Shown here piece after piece: positions 20,229-27,993 of a stretch of DNA of 64,000 nt. Positions within the stretch are counted from its first letter, which is position 1. Every line of letters starts with the position of its first letter. A program made the translations under genes and the position numbers. The notes under the pieces were generated by a model. The model had not been told where the DNA came from. It did no database searches and worked only from the letters and a program-made list of their open reading frames with translations. The stretch is from positions 62,001 through 126,000 of IMG/VR virus record IMGVR_UViG_3300045973_000169; one strand, 5' to 3'.

Positions 20229-20999
20229 ATGCAAGATAGAGAATATATAATTTATTGTTTTTTAGATGAGAATAATAAACCTTATTATGTTGGACAAACT
20301 TATAATCTTAAGATGAGATTAAATGCCCATAATCAATTTATTTTAGATATTGAAGAAAAAAGATTACCATCTAAATACCCATATTATCGTAAGGCTAGAG
20401 ATTTATTTAAAAATGGTATAGGATTAAAAGTAAATATATTAGAAAATAATCTTACCAAAAAAGAAGCAGACTTAAAAGAGTCTGAATATATTAGTAAGTT
20501 TAGAAATGATATTTCCTGTAAGTTATTAAATATTTTAGCTGGTGGTGAATTTAATCAAAGAAATAAATTTGTGTCTGATGAAACAAAAAAGAAAATAAGT
20601 GAATCTAAAAAAGGGAAAAAACTTACAGAAAAACATAAAGAGTCTTTAAGAAATTGTGATAGGAAACAAAGGAACTGGACAGAAGAAGATAAAATTAAAT
20701 ATGCTAAAATGGCAAAAATAAATTTATTGAATAAACAAACTCCAGAGAGTATTGAAAAGATGCGTCAGTCTAAAGTTGGGCAAAAACATTCTGAAGAAAC
20801 TAAAAGTAAAATAGCAAGATTTGGGAAAGATCATAAAAGAGCAAAGCACTATTTGATTATTGCCCCAGATGGGACTAATTACGATATTCATGGACTTTCT
20901 TCTTTTTGTAAAGAATTTGATTTAAACCAAAGTGGACTATGGCATGCTCTTAATAAAGGAAATGGTAAATATAAGGGATGGCAAATTCAAGAACTGTAA
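20229..20999 (+). CDS. GIY-YIG homing endonuclease with NUMOD3 repeats
   Basis: IIYCF...YYVGQT..R...E...LLN; SDETKKKIS / HSEETKSKI repeats. Confidence 0.9.
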   Translation: MQDREYIIYCFLDENNKPYYVGQTYNLKMRLNAHNQFILDIEEKRLPSKYPYYRKARDLFKNGIGLKVNILENNLTKKEADLKESEYISKFRNDISCKLLNILAGGEFNQRNKFVSDETKKKISESKKGKKLTEKHKESLRNCDRKQRNWTEEDKIKYAKMAKINLLNKQTPESIEKMRQSKVGQKHSEETKSKIARFGKDHKRAKHYLIIAPDGTNYDIHGLSSFCKEFDLNQSGLWHALNKGNGKYKGWQIQEL

Positions 21000-22168
21000 A
21001 GTTAATTTATGTAAATGGGATTGGGGCTAACAATAATAAGTTCTATGATATGATCGATACAGAAGACGGATATTTTACTATTAAATATGGTCGAGTAGGA
21101 TCTACTGAAACTGTAGATAAGAAAGCTATTGGTAAATGGGATTCTGTATATAGAGAGAAGACTCGTAAGGGTTATAAAGATATTACTAAGTTGTATATAG
21201 AAGAGAAAGTGGATGTAGTTGATTTTGCTGATATTAGTGATTATGCTATTAAAGAGATAATTGCTAAATTGCAAGCTTATTCTAAGAAACAAGTAACTAC
21301 ATTCTATACTATCTCTGCTGAAAAAGTAACTAAGAAACAAGTAGATGAAGCTCAAACTATTTTAGATGGATTGATCCCATGTAAAGATGTTGAGTGTGCC
21401 AATAAGCTACTTATTGATTTATACTCTGTTATACCTAGAGCTATGAGTCATGTTAAGCATCATTTACTTTCTAGTTTTGAACAGAAAACTCTTGATAATA
21501 TGATAGCTAGAGAACAATCTATTCTTGACTCAATGGCTTCTTCTGTTAAGCAGGTTGAACTTGTAAGAGAGAATATAGATTCTAGTAAGACTTTACTTGA
21601 TGCTCTTGGTGTAGAAGTATATCAAACAATGCCTAGTGATGTAGATCTTATTAAAATGAAATTAGATAACTTAGTTGATAGATATTTGAACTCATTTAGA
21701 GTAGTTAACAAAAAGACTCAGGTTAAGTTTGATAATTTTGTAAATAAAATTGATAACAAAAAGACAGAGTTATTCTGGCATGGGAGTAGAAATGAAAACT
21801 GGATTTCAATACTTGAAACTGGTTTGGTCTTACGTCCGACCAATGCTGTTATTTCTGGGAAGATGTTTGGGTATGGCACCTACTTCGCAGACAAGGCTCA
21901 AAAATCCCTAGGATATACCTCTTCTTATGGTTCACTGTGGGCTAAAGGAAGTTCTAATGAAGCCTATATGTCATTGTTTGATGTCCATGTTGGGAATCAA
22001 TATATAGTTGAACAGAGTGAATCTAACCTTGATGCACAAAAGTTAAAGGCTAAAGGTAACTTTCATTCTACTTTTGCTAAAGCTGGTAGATCATTAATGA
22101 ACAATGAATATATTGTTTATGATGAAGATCAATCTACAATTAAATATCTTGTACAATTAAAAGGATAA
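20978..22168 (+). CDS. WGR-domain PARP-like ADP-ribosyltransferase
   Basis: NKFY...YGRVG (WGR); LY..IP regulatory-like region; catalytic WHGS, GKMFGYGTYFAD..KS.GY, NEYIVY (H-Y-E triad). Confidence 0.9.
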   Translation: MANSRTVKLIYVNGIGANNNKFYDMIDTEDGYFTIKYGRVGSTETVDKKAIGKWDSVYREKTRKGYKDITKLYIEEKVDVVDFADISDYAIKEIIAKLQAYSKKQVTTFYTISAEKVTKKQVDEAQTILDGLIPCKDVECANKLLIDLYSVIPRAMSHVKHHLLSSFEQKTLDNMIAREQSILDSMASSVKQVELVRENIDSSKTLLDALGVEVYQTMPSDVDLIKMKLDNLVDRYLNSFRVVNKKTQVKFDNFVNKIDNKKTELFWHGSRNENWISILETGLVLRPTNAVISGKMFGYGTYFADKAQKSLGYTSSYGSLWAKGSSNEAYMSLFDVHVGNQYIVEQSESNLDAQKLKAKGNFHSTFAKAGRSLMNNEYIVYDEDQSTIKYLVQLKG

Positions 22169-22286
22169 TAAATGGCAATTAAAACTAAATCTATAAATAT
22201 AATTGAAGTACAAGATTGGGATGCTTTAGTTGAAGAGACTTATGGTAAGCCATACTCATTTCAACAACAAGATGATTGTAAACCTC

Positions 22287-22494
22287 GTGGGACGAAAAGT
22301 TGCTCAGAAACCTTTACTCTTCTGAATTTAATGGAGACCCAAACGAAGGATATGTTGTTAGAGTCAGAGATGGATTCTCTTATGGAGATTTCCGAAAAAG
22401 CGTAGCTAAATATGTTAGACCTGGACATGTACAAACAGTTAAGCACTGGATGCATGGACAAGCCGTAATTAAAAATGGATTAAAGGAAAAATAA
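22287..22494 (+). pseudogene. C-terminal fragment of an RNA-ligase-family gene
   Basis: EGYVVR...F...F..SVAKYVR..HVQT..HW; no motif I or N-terminal part upstream. Confidence 0.65.
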
Positions 22495-23517
22495 AATGAA
22501 GAAATTAAGTATTGATGTAGTAGCAATAGTTGCAAATTATCTGATCTTAGTGTATGGTTCAACTACTACATTAGATGTTAAAGACAATCTTAGAAACCTA
22601 GGATTTAAAGCTAATCAGGAAGAAGTCAGTTCTTTCCTAGCTGAATATCAGGAAGCTTTTGAAGCTCAGAACTTTGTATTTGAAAGTGATGAGAAAGACT
22701 TTACTCTTGTCTATGAAGTAATTGCTCAAGGACGTAAGTCTTTTAGACGTTATTCTTTTGAAGAAGTAGTTGAAGATGTAGTTGATGGAACAGATCTTGA
22801 TCCTAAAACTTATATTGCAGCTCATATGAATGATAATTCTGCTGATCTTGCAACTAAGCTTGGTATCTCTAAAGGTTCAGTTATTGCTTATAAAAGCAAC
22901 ATTACAATGGGCCGTTAATAACAATTAAAAATCCTAGAAATAGGTTGGTGCAGAAAGATTGGTAGTCAAAATGACTCCGAGATGGAAAGCAAAAGAAGTA
23001 AGGAAACTTGCAAAGAATAAACAATATAACTATACATATTCATGTTTTCACTGGTTTGAAACTGAAGACAATAGAAAATTTGTTTATGCTAAAAGTGGTG
23101 AATGGAATAAAGATACTAAATTTTATATTGTTAAAAGGACAAATGAGCCTAATGATGTAGACTTTAAGTATTGGATTTATCCTATTCCACAAGAGCAAGC
23201 AATTAATAACAAATATAGAGAACCATGCATTAATTGGTTTGGTGGTCCTCGATATGTTATTGTTGAATTAAATACTAGATAATTAAAACCATTCCAAACC
23301 AGAAAGCGAACTGGGACAGTGTGGGCACGAAATAGGAAACTATGGATACTTAGGATCGGGAAACAAAGCTATACGGGAGTTCAATGGTCTCCTAGCAATC
23401 TAGTATTAAAATGCTACACACGCATACTATTCTAGGTAGTGAATTGTGTTAGTTATAGTTTAGAATAAACTAAAATTGGTTGAGGAATCTAGAATACAAT
23501 TAAAAGGGAGATCACAA

Positions 23518-23742
23518 ATGAAAACTCTAATGATTACACTATTCTCGTTCCTCGCAACGACCACTCAAGCTCTGGCCGCTACGGGGTTACGAGAAGATAA
23601 CAGTGGTATTTTTGTATGGGTATTTTTGGGCTTTTGTTCATTAATAGTTTTAATGCAAATGGTACCTGCATTCATCCTTGGTTCAAGTATGTTGCGAGCT
23701 GCTATCTCAAGTACCAAAGAGCAAACTGTTAAAAATAGTTGA
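23518..23742 (+). CDS. small membrane protein resembling a Geobacterales/Desulfuromonadia hypothetical family
   Basis: Signal-like N-terminus, then G.REDNSGI.VWVFLGFC.LIV..Q.VPA; less AT-biased codons than neighbours; recognised from memory only. Confidence 0.55.
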   Translation: MKTLMITLFSFLATTTQALAATGLREDNSGIFVWVFLGFCSLIVLMQMVPAFILGSSMLRAAISSTKEQTVKNS

Positions 23743-23866
23743 TAAAACTTATAGCTTAGTTTCCTAGATAAACTAAGTTGTAATATTAAGAAACATAGGT
23801 TAATAAGTATTATAGTTATTAACATTTATAAAGGGTCAAACATACCCTAAACTAAAGGAATATATT

Positions 23867-23974
23867 ATGCAAGTCCTACGCCAGTTACATTGTGATTATA
23901 GTAAACAACTCATTAATAATGAGAATTGGACAACTGTATCCTATGTATTTGCAGGACCAGGTACAACCACATAA
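23867..23974 (+). CDS. 35-aa leader peptide containing all 20 amino acids
   Basis: SD aaagga; MQVLRQLHCDYSKQLINNENWTTVSYVFAGPGTTT*. Confidence 0.7.
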   Translation: MQVLRQLHCDYSKQLINNENWTTVSYVFAGPGTTT

Positions 23975-23980
23975 TATAAA

Positions 23981-24036
23981 TCCCGACATTTAAAAGATAC
24001 TTACAAAGGCTCTAACTAAATGTTGGGGCCTTTTTT
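23981..24036 (+). promoter_or_regulatory. terminator/antiterminator switch (attenuator) upstream of tRNA array
   Basis: Terminator aaaggctctaac/gttggggccttt + T6; competing helix cccgacattta (23982-23992) / taaatgttggg (24017-24027). Confidence 0.75.
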
Positions 24037-24062
24037 CGTTGCTGTTTCGGCAACATTTATTT

Positions 24063-24229
24063 TAGTAGTTTTTCGTGGCTCCATTAAGAAGGCACCGGAT
24101 ATTAGATTTTACAGACTCCACGCTATTGATTGAATCTGAATTCAATCATATCGCGTAGCCCTTAAAAATCTAAGATCCTAGCCTTATTAAAAGATCCCCG
24201 ATGTAAAGCCCAGTAGAGCTTATCTACTA
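24063..24229 (+). ncRNA. long hairpin RNA with central bubble (6S-like shape, unassigned)
   Basis: Nested helices aaggc/gcctt, ggat/atcc, ttagatttt/aaaatctaa, bubble, cgc/gcg, tgattgaat/attcaatca. Confidence 0.5.
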
Positions 24230-24235
24230 CTTTAC

Positions 24236-24318
24236 GGATCATGAGGAGCATAGGTGACTCTAGACGGCTGTAACCCGTTGCCTCACGGTACCCTGTTCGA
24301 ACCGGGGATGATCCACCA
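24236..24318 (+). tRNA. tRNA-Tyr(GTA)
   Basis: Cloverleaf, gacgg-ctGTAac-ccgtt, encoded CCA. Confidence 0.9.
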
Positions 24319-24328
24319 ATAATATTAA

Positions 24329-24402
24329 CAGTGTGTACCGGGAGTCTGGTCCCCGCCTTGCCTTGGACGCAAGAAACGCAGGTTCAAATCCTGCCGCACT
24401 GA
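24329..24402 (+). tRNA. tRNA-Pro(TGG)
   Basis: cttgc-ctTGGac-gcaag; T-arm gcagg-ttcaaat-cctgc. Confidence 0.88.
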
Positions 24403-24480
24403 CATTGCCTTTTGACCCAATCATAGGGTTTAGACCAAAGTAGTTATTAACAATTAGAAATAAATTCTAGGAGTTATATT

Positions 24481-25077
24481 ATGCTGTGTTACTATGGTTG
24501 TGGTCAAGAGGCCGGGTTTGAATTAAAGAATGGAAGACATATATGTTCTTCATCATCAAATCAATGTCCAGTACAAAAAAAGAAAAATTCAGAGAATAGT
24601 AATAATAGATATTTTAAAATTAATGCCTCTGCTATTAAAAGTAAATGTAAGTTCTGTAACAAAGAGATTTCATCTACTAGTATTAAAGTTCATGAATTAA
24701 ATTGTTTTCTTAATCCAGAAAATATTAAATTATGTCCTGTATGTAATAAGCCAATTAAAAATTTTAGAAAATCAAATACATGCTCTTATGGTTGTTCGAA
24801 TACATTTTTTAGAAGCGGTAAAGATCATCCAAATTGGAAAGAGGATATAGATTGTGGATATAGAAAAATATGTTTTAGTGTCCATAAAAAAGAATGTATT
24901 ATATGTGGAGAAGTTAAAATAGTTGCAGTACATCATTTTGATGAAAATAAAAATAATAATAATATTGATAATTTAATTCCTTTATGTCCTACACACCATG
25001 TATATTGGCATTCAGGATATAAAAATGAAATTGAACAAAAAGTAATTGATTATAGAAATAAATTTAAATCTGCTTAA
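24481..25077 (+). CDS. HNH homing endonuclease
   Basis: HPNWK, CIICG...VHH.DEN..NN...NLIPLCPTHH. Confidence 0.9.
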   Translation: MLCYYGCGQEAGFELKNGRHICSSSSNQCPVQKKKNSENSNNRYFKINASAIKSKCKFCNKEISSTSIKVHELNCFLNPENIKLCPVCNKPIKNFRKSNTCSYGCSNTFFRSGKDHPNWKEDIDCGYRKICFSVHKKECIICGEVKIVAVHHFDENKNNNNIDNLIPLCPTHHVYWHSGYKNEIEQKVIDYRNKFKSA

Positions 25078-25173
25078 GTTCCAGTACATTCAATTATGCT
25101 GGGGAACGAGCACTAAAGAAGTGTAAGCTGAGTCTAAGAATGAGAGGTAGGTTGGCAGATTTAATAATAATGT

Positions 25174-25246
25174 TGCGGATTGTAAGTAATGGTTAACGAA
25201 AAGGCTCATAACCTTCTTCTTGTGAGTTCGAGTCTCGCATCCGCTA
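25174..25246 (+). tRNA. tRNA-Met(CAT), initiator-like 1:72 mismatch
   Basis: aagg-ctCATaa-cctt; T-arm gtgag-ttcgagt-ctcgc. Confidence 0.8.
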
Positions 25247-25269
25247 CTATGTTATTTTAGAGGAGGAAT

Positions 25270-25602
25270 ATGGAAAAGGCTTGTAAACATCATGGATTAA
25301 CTAAGTTTAGTCTACAAAAGTCAAATGGCAGAGAAACTTATTATTGTGTTAAATGTTATATGGAAAGACAGAATCGTACAAGGAATAATAAGAAAGAACA
25401 AGCTTTAACCTATAAAGGTGGTAAATGTTCAATCTGTGGGTATGATAAATGCAGTGCTGCTTTAGATTTCCATCATCTTAATCCTCTAGAAAAAGAAAGT
25501 AAAAATGATTTAAGAAATCTATCATGGGATAGATTAAAGATTGAACTTGATAAATGCATTCTTGTATGTGCTAATTGTCATAGAGAAATACATTTTAAAT
25601 AA
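25270..25602 (+). CDS. HNH endonuclease
   Basis: GGKCSICGY...ALDFHH..P..K...LVCANCHREIH. Confidence 0.9.
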   Translation: MEKACKHHGLTKFSLQKSNGRETYYCVKCYMERQNRTRNNKKEQALTYKGGKCSICGYDKCSAALDFHHLNPLEKESKNDLRNLSWDRLKIELDKCILVCANCHREIHFK

Positions 25603-25607
25603 GATAT

Positions 25608-25682
25608 GCACCGTGGGACGGCAGGAGTGGTCAGTAGCCTTTCACGCTACTCAGATGGGTTCGATACCCATACGGTGTACCA
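25608..25682 (+). tRNA. tRNA-Glu(TTC)
   Basis: gtagc-ctTTCac-gctac; CCA. Confidence 0.9.
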
Positions 25683-25686
25683 ATAA

Positions 25687-25764
25687 GCGGATGTACAGGT
25701 GAAGGGGCCACCAGGAGCCTTCCAAGCTTCAGATCGCGGGGTTCGACTCCCCACATCCGCTCCA
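25687..25764 (+). tRNA. tRNA-Gly(TCC)
   Basis: ggagc-ctTCCaa-gcttc; CCA. Confidence 0.88.
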
Positions 25765-25768
25765 AATT

Positions 25769-25844
25769 GCCTTTATAGCTCAGTGTGTAGAGCGTAGCCC
25801 TGAAGAGGCTAGCGTCCGGGGTTCGAATCCCTGTGAAGGCACCA
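25769..25844 (+). tRNA. tRNA-Phe(GAA)
   Basis: tagcc-ctGAAga-ggcta; CCA. Confidence 0.92.
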
Positions 25845-25849
25845 TTAAT

Positions 25850-25930
25850 GCCCTAGTAGCCACCGAAACTACGAATTTCGAGTTAGGTAATGGACTGCAA
25901 ATGCTAGTTCGAATCTAGTCTGGGGCTCCA
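25850..25930 (+). tRNA. atypical tRNA-Arg(ACG), no canonical D-arm, long variable region
   Basis: Acceptor gccctag/ctggggc, cgaaa-ctACGaa-tttcg, T-arm gctag-ttcgaat-ctagt, CCA. Confidence 0.7.
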
Positions 25931-25936
25931 AAATAT

Positions 25937-26023
25937 AGTACGGTGTCCGAGTGGCTGAAGGAACTGGTCTCCAAAACCAGAGAGATGACTCCAACGTGGG
26001 TTCGAATCCTACCCGTACTGCCA
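25937..26023 (+). tRNA. tRNA-Trp(CCA) with long variable arm
   Basis: ctggt-ctCCAaa-accag; variable arm gag-atga-ctc; CCA. Confidence 0.85.
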
Positions 26024-26041
26024 AATTAAAAAGGAAATAAA

Positions 26042-26419
26042 ATGCAAAAATTGGTTAGTAGTAAAGAAGAATATGTAAATATGAATGACTTTGTTTATGA
26101 TAAAAAGAAAATTTATGTTTATAGGCAGATAACTCCTAAGTTTGATAACTCAAGTGAGAAAGAAGTAAAATGGGGAATATTCTCTGAACATGCTGGTGAG
26201 TATGGTGGATATGGATTCATCATGTTAGGTAATTGTTCTAATGGATGGACATCTAAGCCAGAATGGAATAAAGATGTTAAAGAATATTTTTCTAAGATGA
26301 TTAAAAATAGCGGTTGTACTATAAGTGATATTTTAATTTTTAAAGATCTTAAAGATTTTTTAGGTTGGATGTCATATGAAGTTGGTGGTACAATTGGTTA
26401 TTTAAAATATTGTGAATAG
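26042..26419 (+). CDS. hypothetical protein within tRNA array
   Basis: ORF with SD aagga. Confidence 0.6.
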   Translation: MQKLVSSKEEYVNMNDFVYDKKKIYVYRQITPKFDNSSEKEVKWGIFSEHAGEYGGYGFIMLGNCSNGWTSKPEWNKDVKEYFSKMIKNSGCTISDILIFKDLKDFLGWMSYEVGGTIGYLKYCE

Positions 26420-26424
26420 TAAAT

Positions 26425-26520
26425 GGAAGAGCTGACCTCAAAGGCAGCGGGGCCCAGTCTTGAAAACTGGTAGCCGTCAGCAATGGCGGCGTGAGGGTTC
26501 GAATCCCTACTCTTCCTCCA
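26425..26520 (+). tRNA. tRNA-Ser(TGA)
   Basis: ccagt-ctTGAaa-actgg; long variable arm; CCA. Confidence 0.9.
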
Positions 26521-26526
26521 TTAAAT

Positions 26527-26558
26527 AGAAGGTTACCCAAGAGGACAAAGAGAAGTTC
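26527..26558 (+). pseudogene. orphan 5' fragment of a tRNA-Ser-type gene
   Basis: agaaggttacccaagagg..aagagaag resembles a Ser tRNA 5' half; ends just before GTTATTAACA. Confidence 0.55.
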
Positions 26559-26596
26559 CGTTATTAACACTTAGGTATAATCTAAGGAGTTAATAT

Positions 26597-27115
26597 ATGA
26601 AAATCTGCTTAAAATGTAATAAAGAGTTTAAGTCTTCTGGTATTATAGATGGCACTAAAAAGAAATTTGGGAATAGAAAATATTGTCTTGAGTGTTCTCC
26701 ATGGGGAAAGCATAATACACAGCCTCTTATAGAAACTGGGAAAATTAAAGAAGAGATAAGTGAACGTAGATGTTCAAGGTGCAATGAGGCAAAAGATATA
26801 TCTAGTTTTTATAGAAGTGGAGAAAAGCTTCTATCTATTTGTAAAGAATGCCATAAGAAATTAAGTAAAAAACTCTATGATGCTAAGATTGCTTCAATGG
26901 ATGAGTATAAGGCTAATTTAGGATGCTCAAAATGTGGGGATAAGAGACCTTATGTTTTAGATTTTCATCACAAAGATCCTCAAGAAAAAGAATTTTCTAT
27001 TTCTGATAAAGCCAGAGCGTCATTAGTTGTATTGTCAAAAGAACTTGAGAAATGTGTTTGTTTGTGTGCTAATTGCCATAGAGAAGAACATTATTTACTA
27101 AAAATGGAAGGGTAG
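26597..27115 (+). CDS. HNH homing endonuclease; last codons overlap tRNA-Ser(GCT)
   Basis: CSKCG...VLDFHH.DP..K...CLCANCHREEH. Confidence 0.9.
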   Translation: MKICLKCNKEFKSSGIIDGTKKKFGNRKYCLECSPWGKHNTQPLIETGKIKEEISERRCSRCNEAKDISSFYRSGEKLLSICKECHKKLSKKLYDAKIASMDEYKANLGCSKCGDKRPYVLDFHHKDPQEKEFSISDKARASLVVLSKELEKCVCLCANCHREEHYLLKMEG

Positions 27116-27193
27116 CCTAATTGGTAGGGAAGCTGTTTGCTAAACAGTCGGGATGTAAAAGTTCTGCGGGTTCAAGTCCCGCTCCTTCCTCCA
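27106..27193 (+). tRNA. tRNA-Ser(GCT)
   Basis: gctgt-ttGCTaa-acagt; long variable arm; CCA. Confidence 0.88.
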
Positions 27194-27212
27194 GCCTTCT
27201 GCCAAAAGTTTT

Positions 27213-27291
27213 GGTCTGTTAGTTTAGTCTGGCCTAAAGCACCTGCCTGTCGAGCAGGTTATCATCGGTTCAAATCCGATACAGACCGCCA
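27213..27291 (+). tRNA. tRNA-Asp(GTC)
   Basis: cctgc-ctGTCga-gcagg; CCA. Confidence 0.9.
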
Positions 27292-27299
27292 TACATTTA

Positions 27300-27375
27300 G
27301 GGGAATTAGCTCATTTGGTAGAGCAGGGGCTTTGCAAGTCTCAGGTGATCAGTTCGACTCTGATATTCTCCACCA
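27300..27375 (+). tRNA. tRNA-Ala(TGC)
   Basis: G3-U70 pair, ggggc-ttTGCaa-gtctc; CCA. Confidence 0.92.
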
Positions 27376-27381
27376 TAATAA

Positions 27382-27579
27382 AAGGGGTTAGTCCAGCGTG
27401 GTCAAAATTGCTTTAACATAAGGAGACATCCTAGTTCTAGTAAGATTTGATATTTTGAAATATGAGAATATTAGTAACCTTGGATCGTATGCCAATGAAG
27501 TGCTAAAAAGGTAATAAAGTAGACTTAAGACATTTACATTAAATTGTAATGAACATTGGTTAGAGTCCAGTACCCTTTG
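27382..27579 (+). ncRNA. miniature tmRNA-like / tRNA-like RNA
   Basis: Acceptor aaggggt/acccttt with G3-U, T-arm attgg-ttagagt-ccagt, P2-like helix attgctttaa/ttaaattgtaat, ~120-nt interior. Confidence 0.5.
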
Positions 27580-27583
27580 TCGA

Positions 27584-27662
27584 ATTTGTTTGTCTGGCCT
27601 GATTGGGAAGCACCTCCCTTACAAGGAGGCATATATAGGTTCGAATCCTATGACAAATACCA
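27584..27662 (+). tRNA. tRNA-Val(TAC)
   Basis: cctcc-ctTACaa-ggagg; CCA. Confidence 0.85.
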
Positions 27663-27663
27663 T

Positions 27664-27739
27664 AGTCTCATAGCTCAATTGGTAGAGCACCGCCCTGATA
27701 AGGCGGAGGTCGACGGTTCGAATCCATCTGAGGCTACCA
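27664..27739 (+). tRNA. tRNA-Ile(GAT)
   Basis: ccgcc-ctGATaa-ggcgg; CCA. Confidence 0.92.
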
Positions 27740-27743
27740 TTAT

Positions 27744-27819
27744 TGCCTCTTAGCTCAGTTGGTAGAGCATCAGATTTTGATTCTGAGTGTCGTGTGTTCG
27801 AATCACACAGGGGCTTCCA
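27744..27819 (+). tRNA. tRNA-Gln(TTG)
   Basis: tcaga-ttTTGat-tctga; CCA. Confidence 0.9.
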
Positions 27820-27823
27820 AAAT

Positions 27824-27899
27824 GCCGGTGTAGCTCAGTCGTTAGAGCGCCTCCCTTGTAAGGAGGATGTCGCGGGTTAGATTCCTGTCTCCGGCTCCA
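27824..27899 (+). tRNA. tRNA-Thr(TGT)
   Basis: cctcc-ctTGTaa-ggagg; CCA. Confidence 0.9.
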
Positions 27900-27907
27900 A
27901 AATATGT

Positions 27908-27993
27908 GGTGACTTAACGCAACGTGGATAGCGGTTCGACTGTGACTCGAATGCCGAAAGGATTACCGAGTTCGAATCTCGGAGGTCACACCA
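27908..27993 (+). tRNA. tRNA-His(GTG) with extended variable arm
   Basis: ttcga-ctGTGac-tcgaa; G-1; variable cc-gaaa-gg; CCA. Confidence 0.85.

Noticed and set aside
23290-23410. c-di-GMP / c-AMP-GMP riboswitch
   Set aside because: Only scattered similarity (GAAA tetraloop, caaagcta, gggcac); the consensus cannot be completed without a covariance search.
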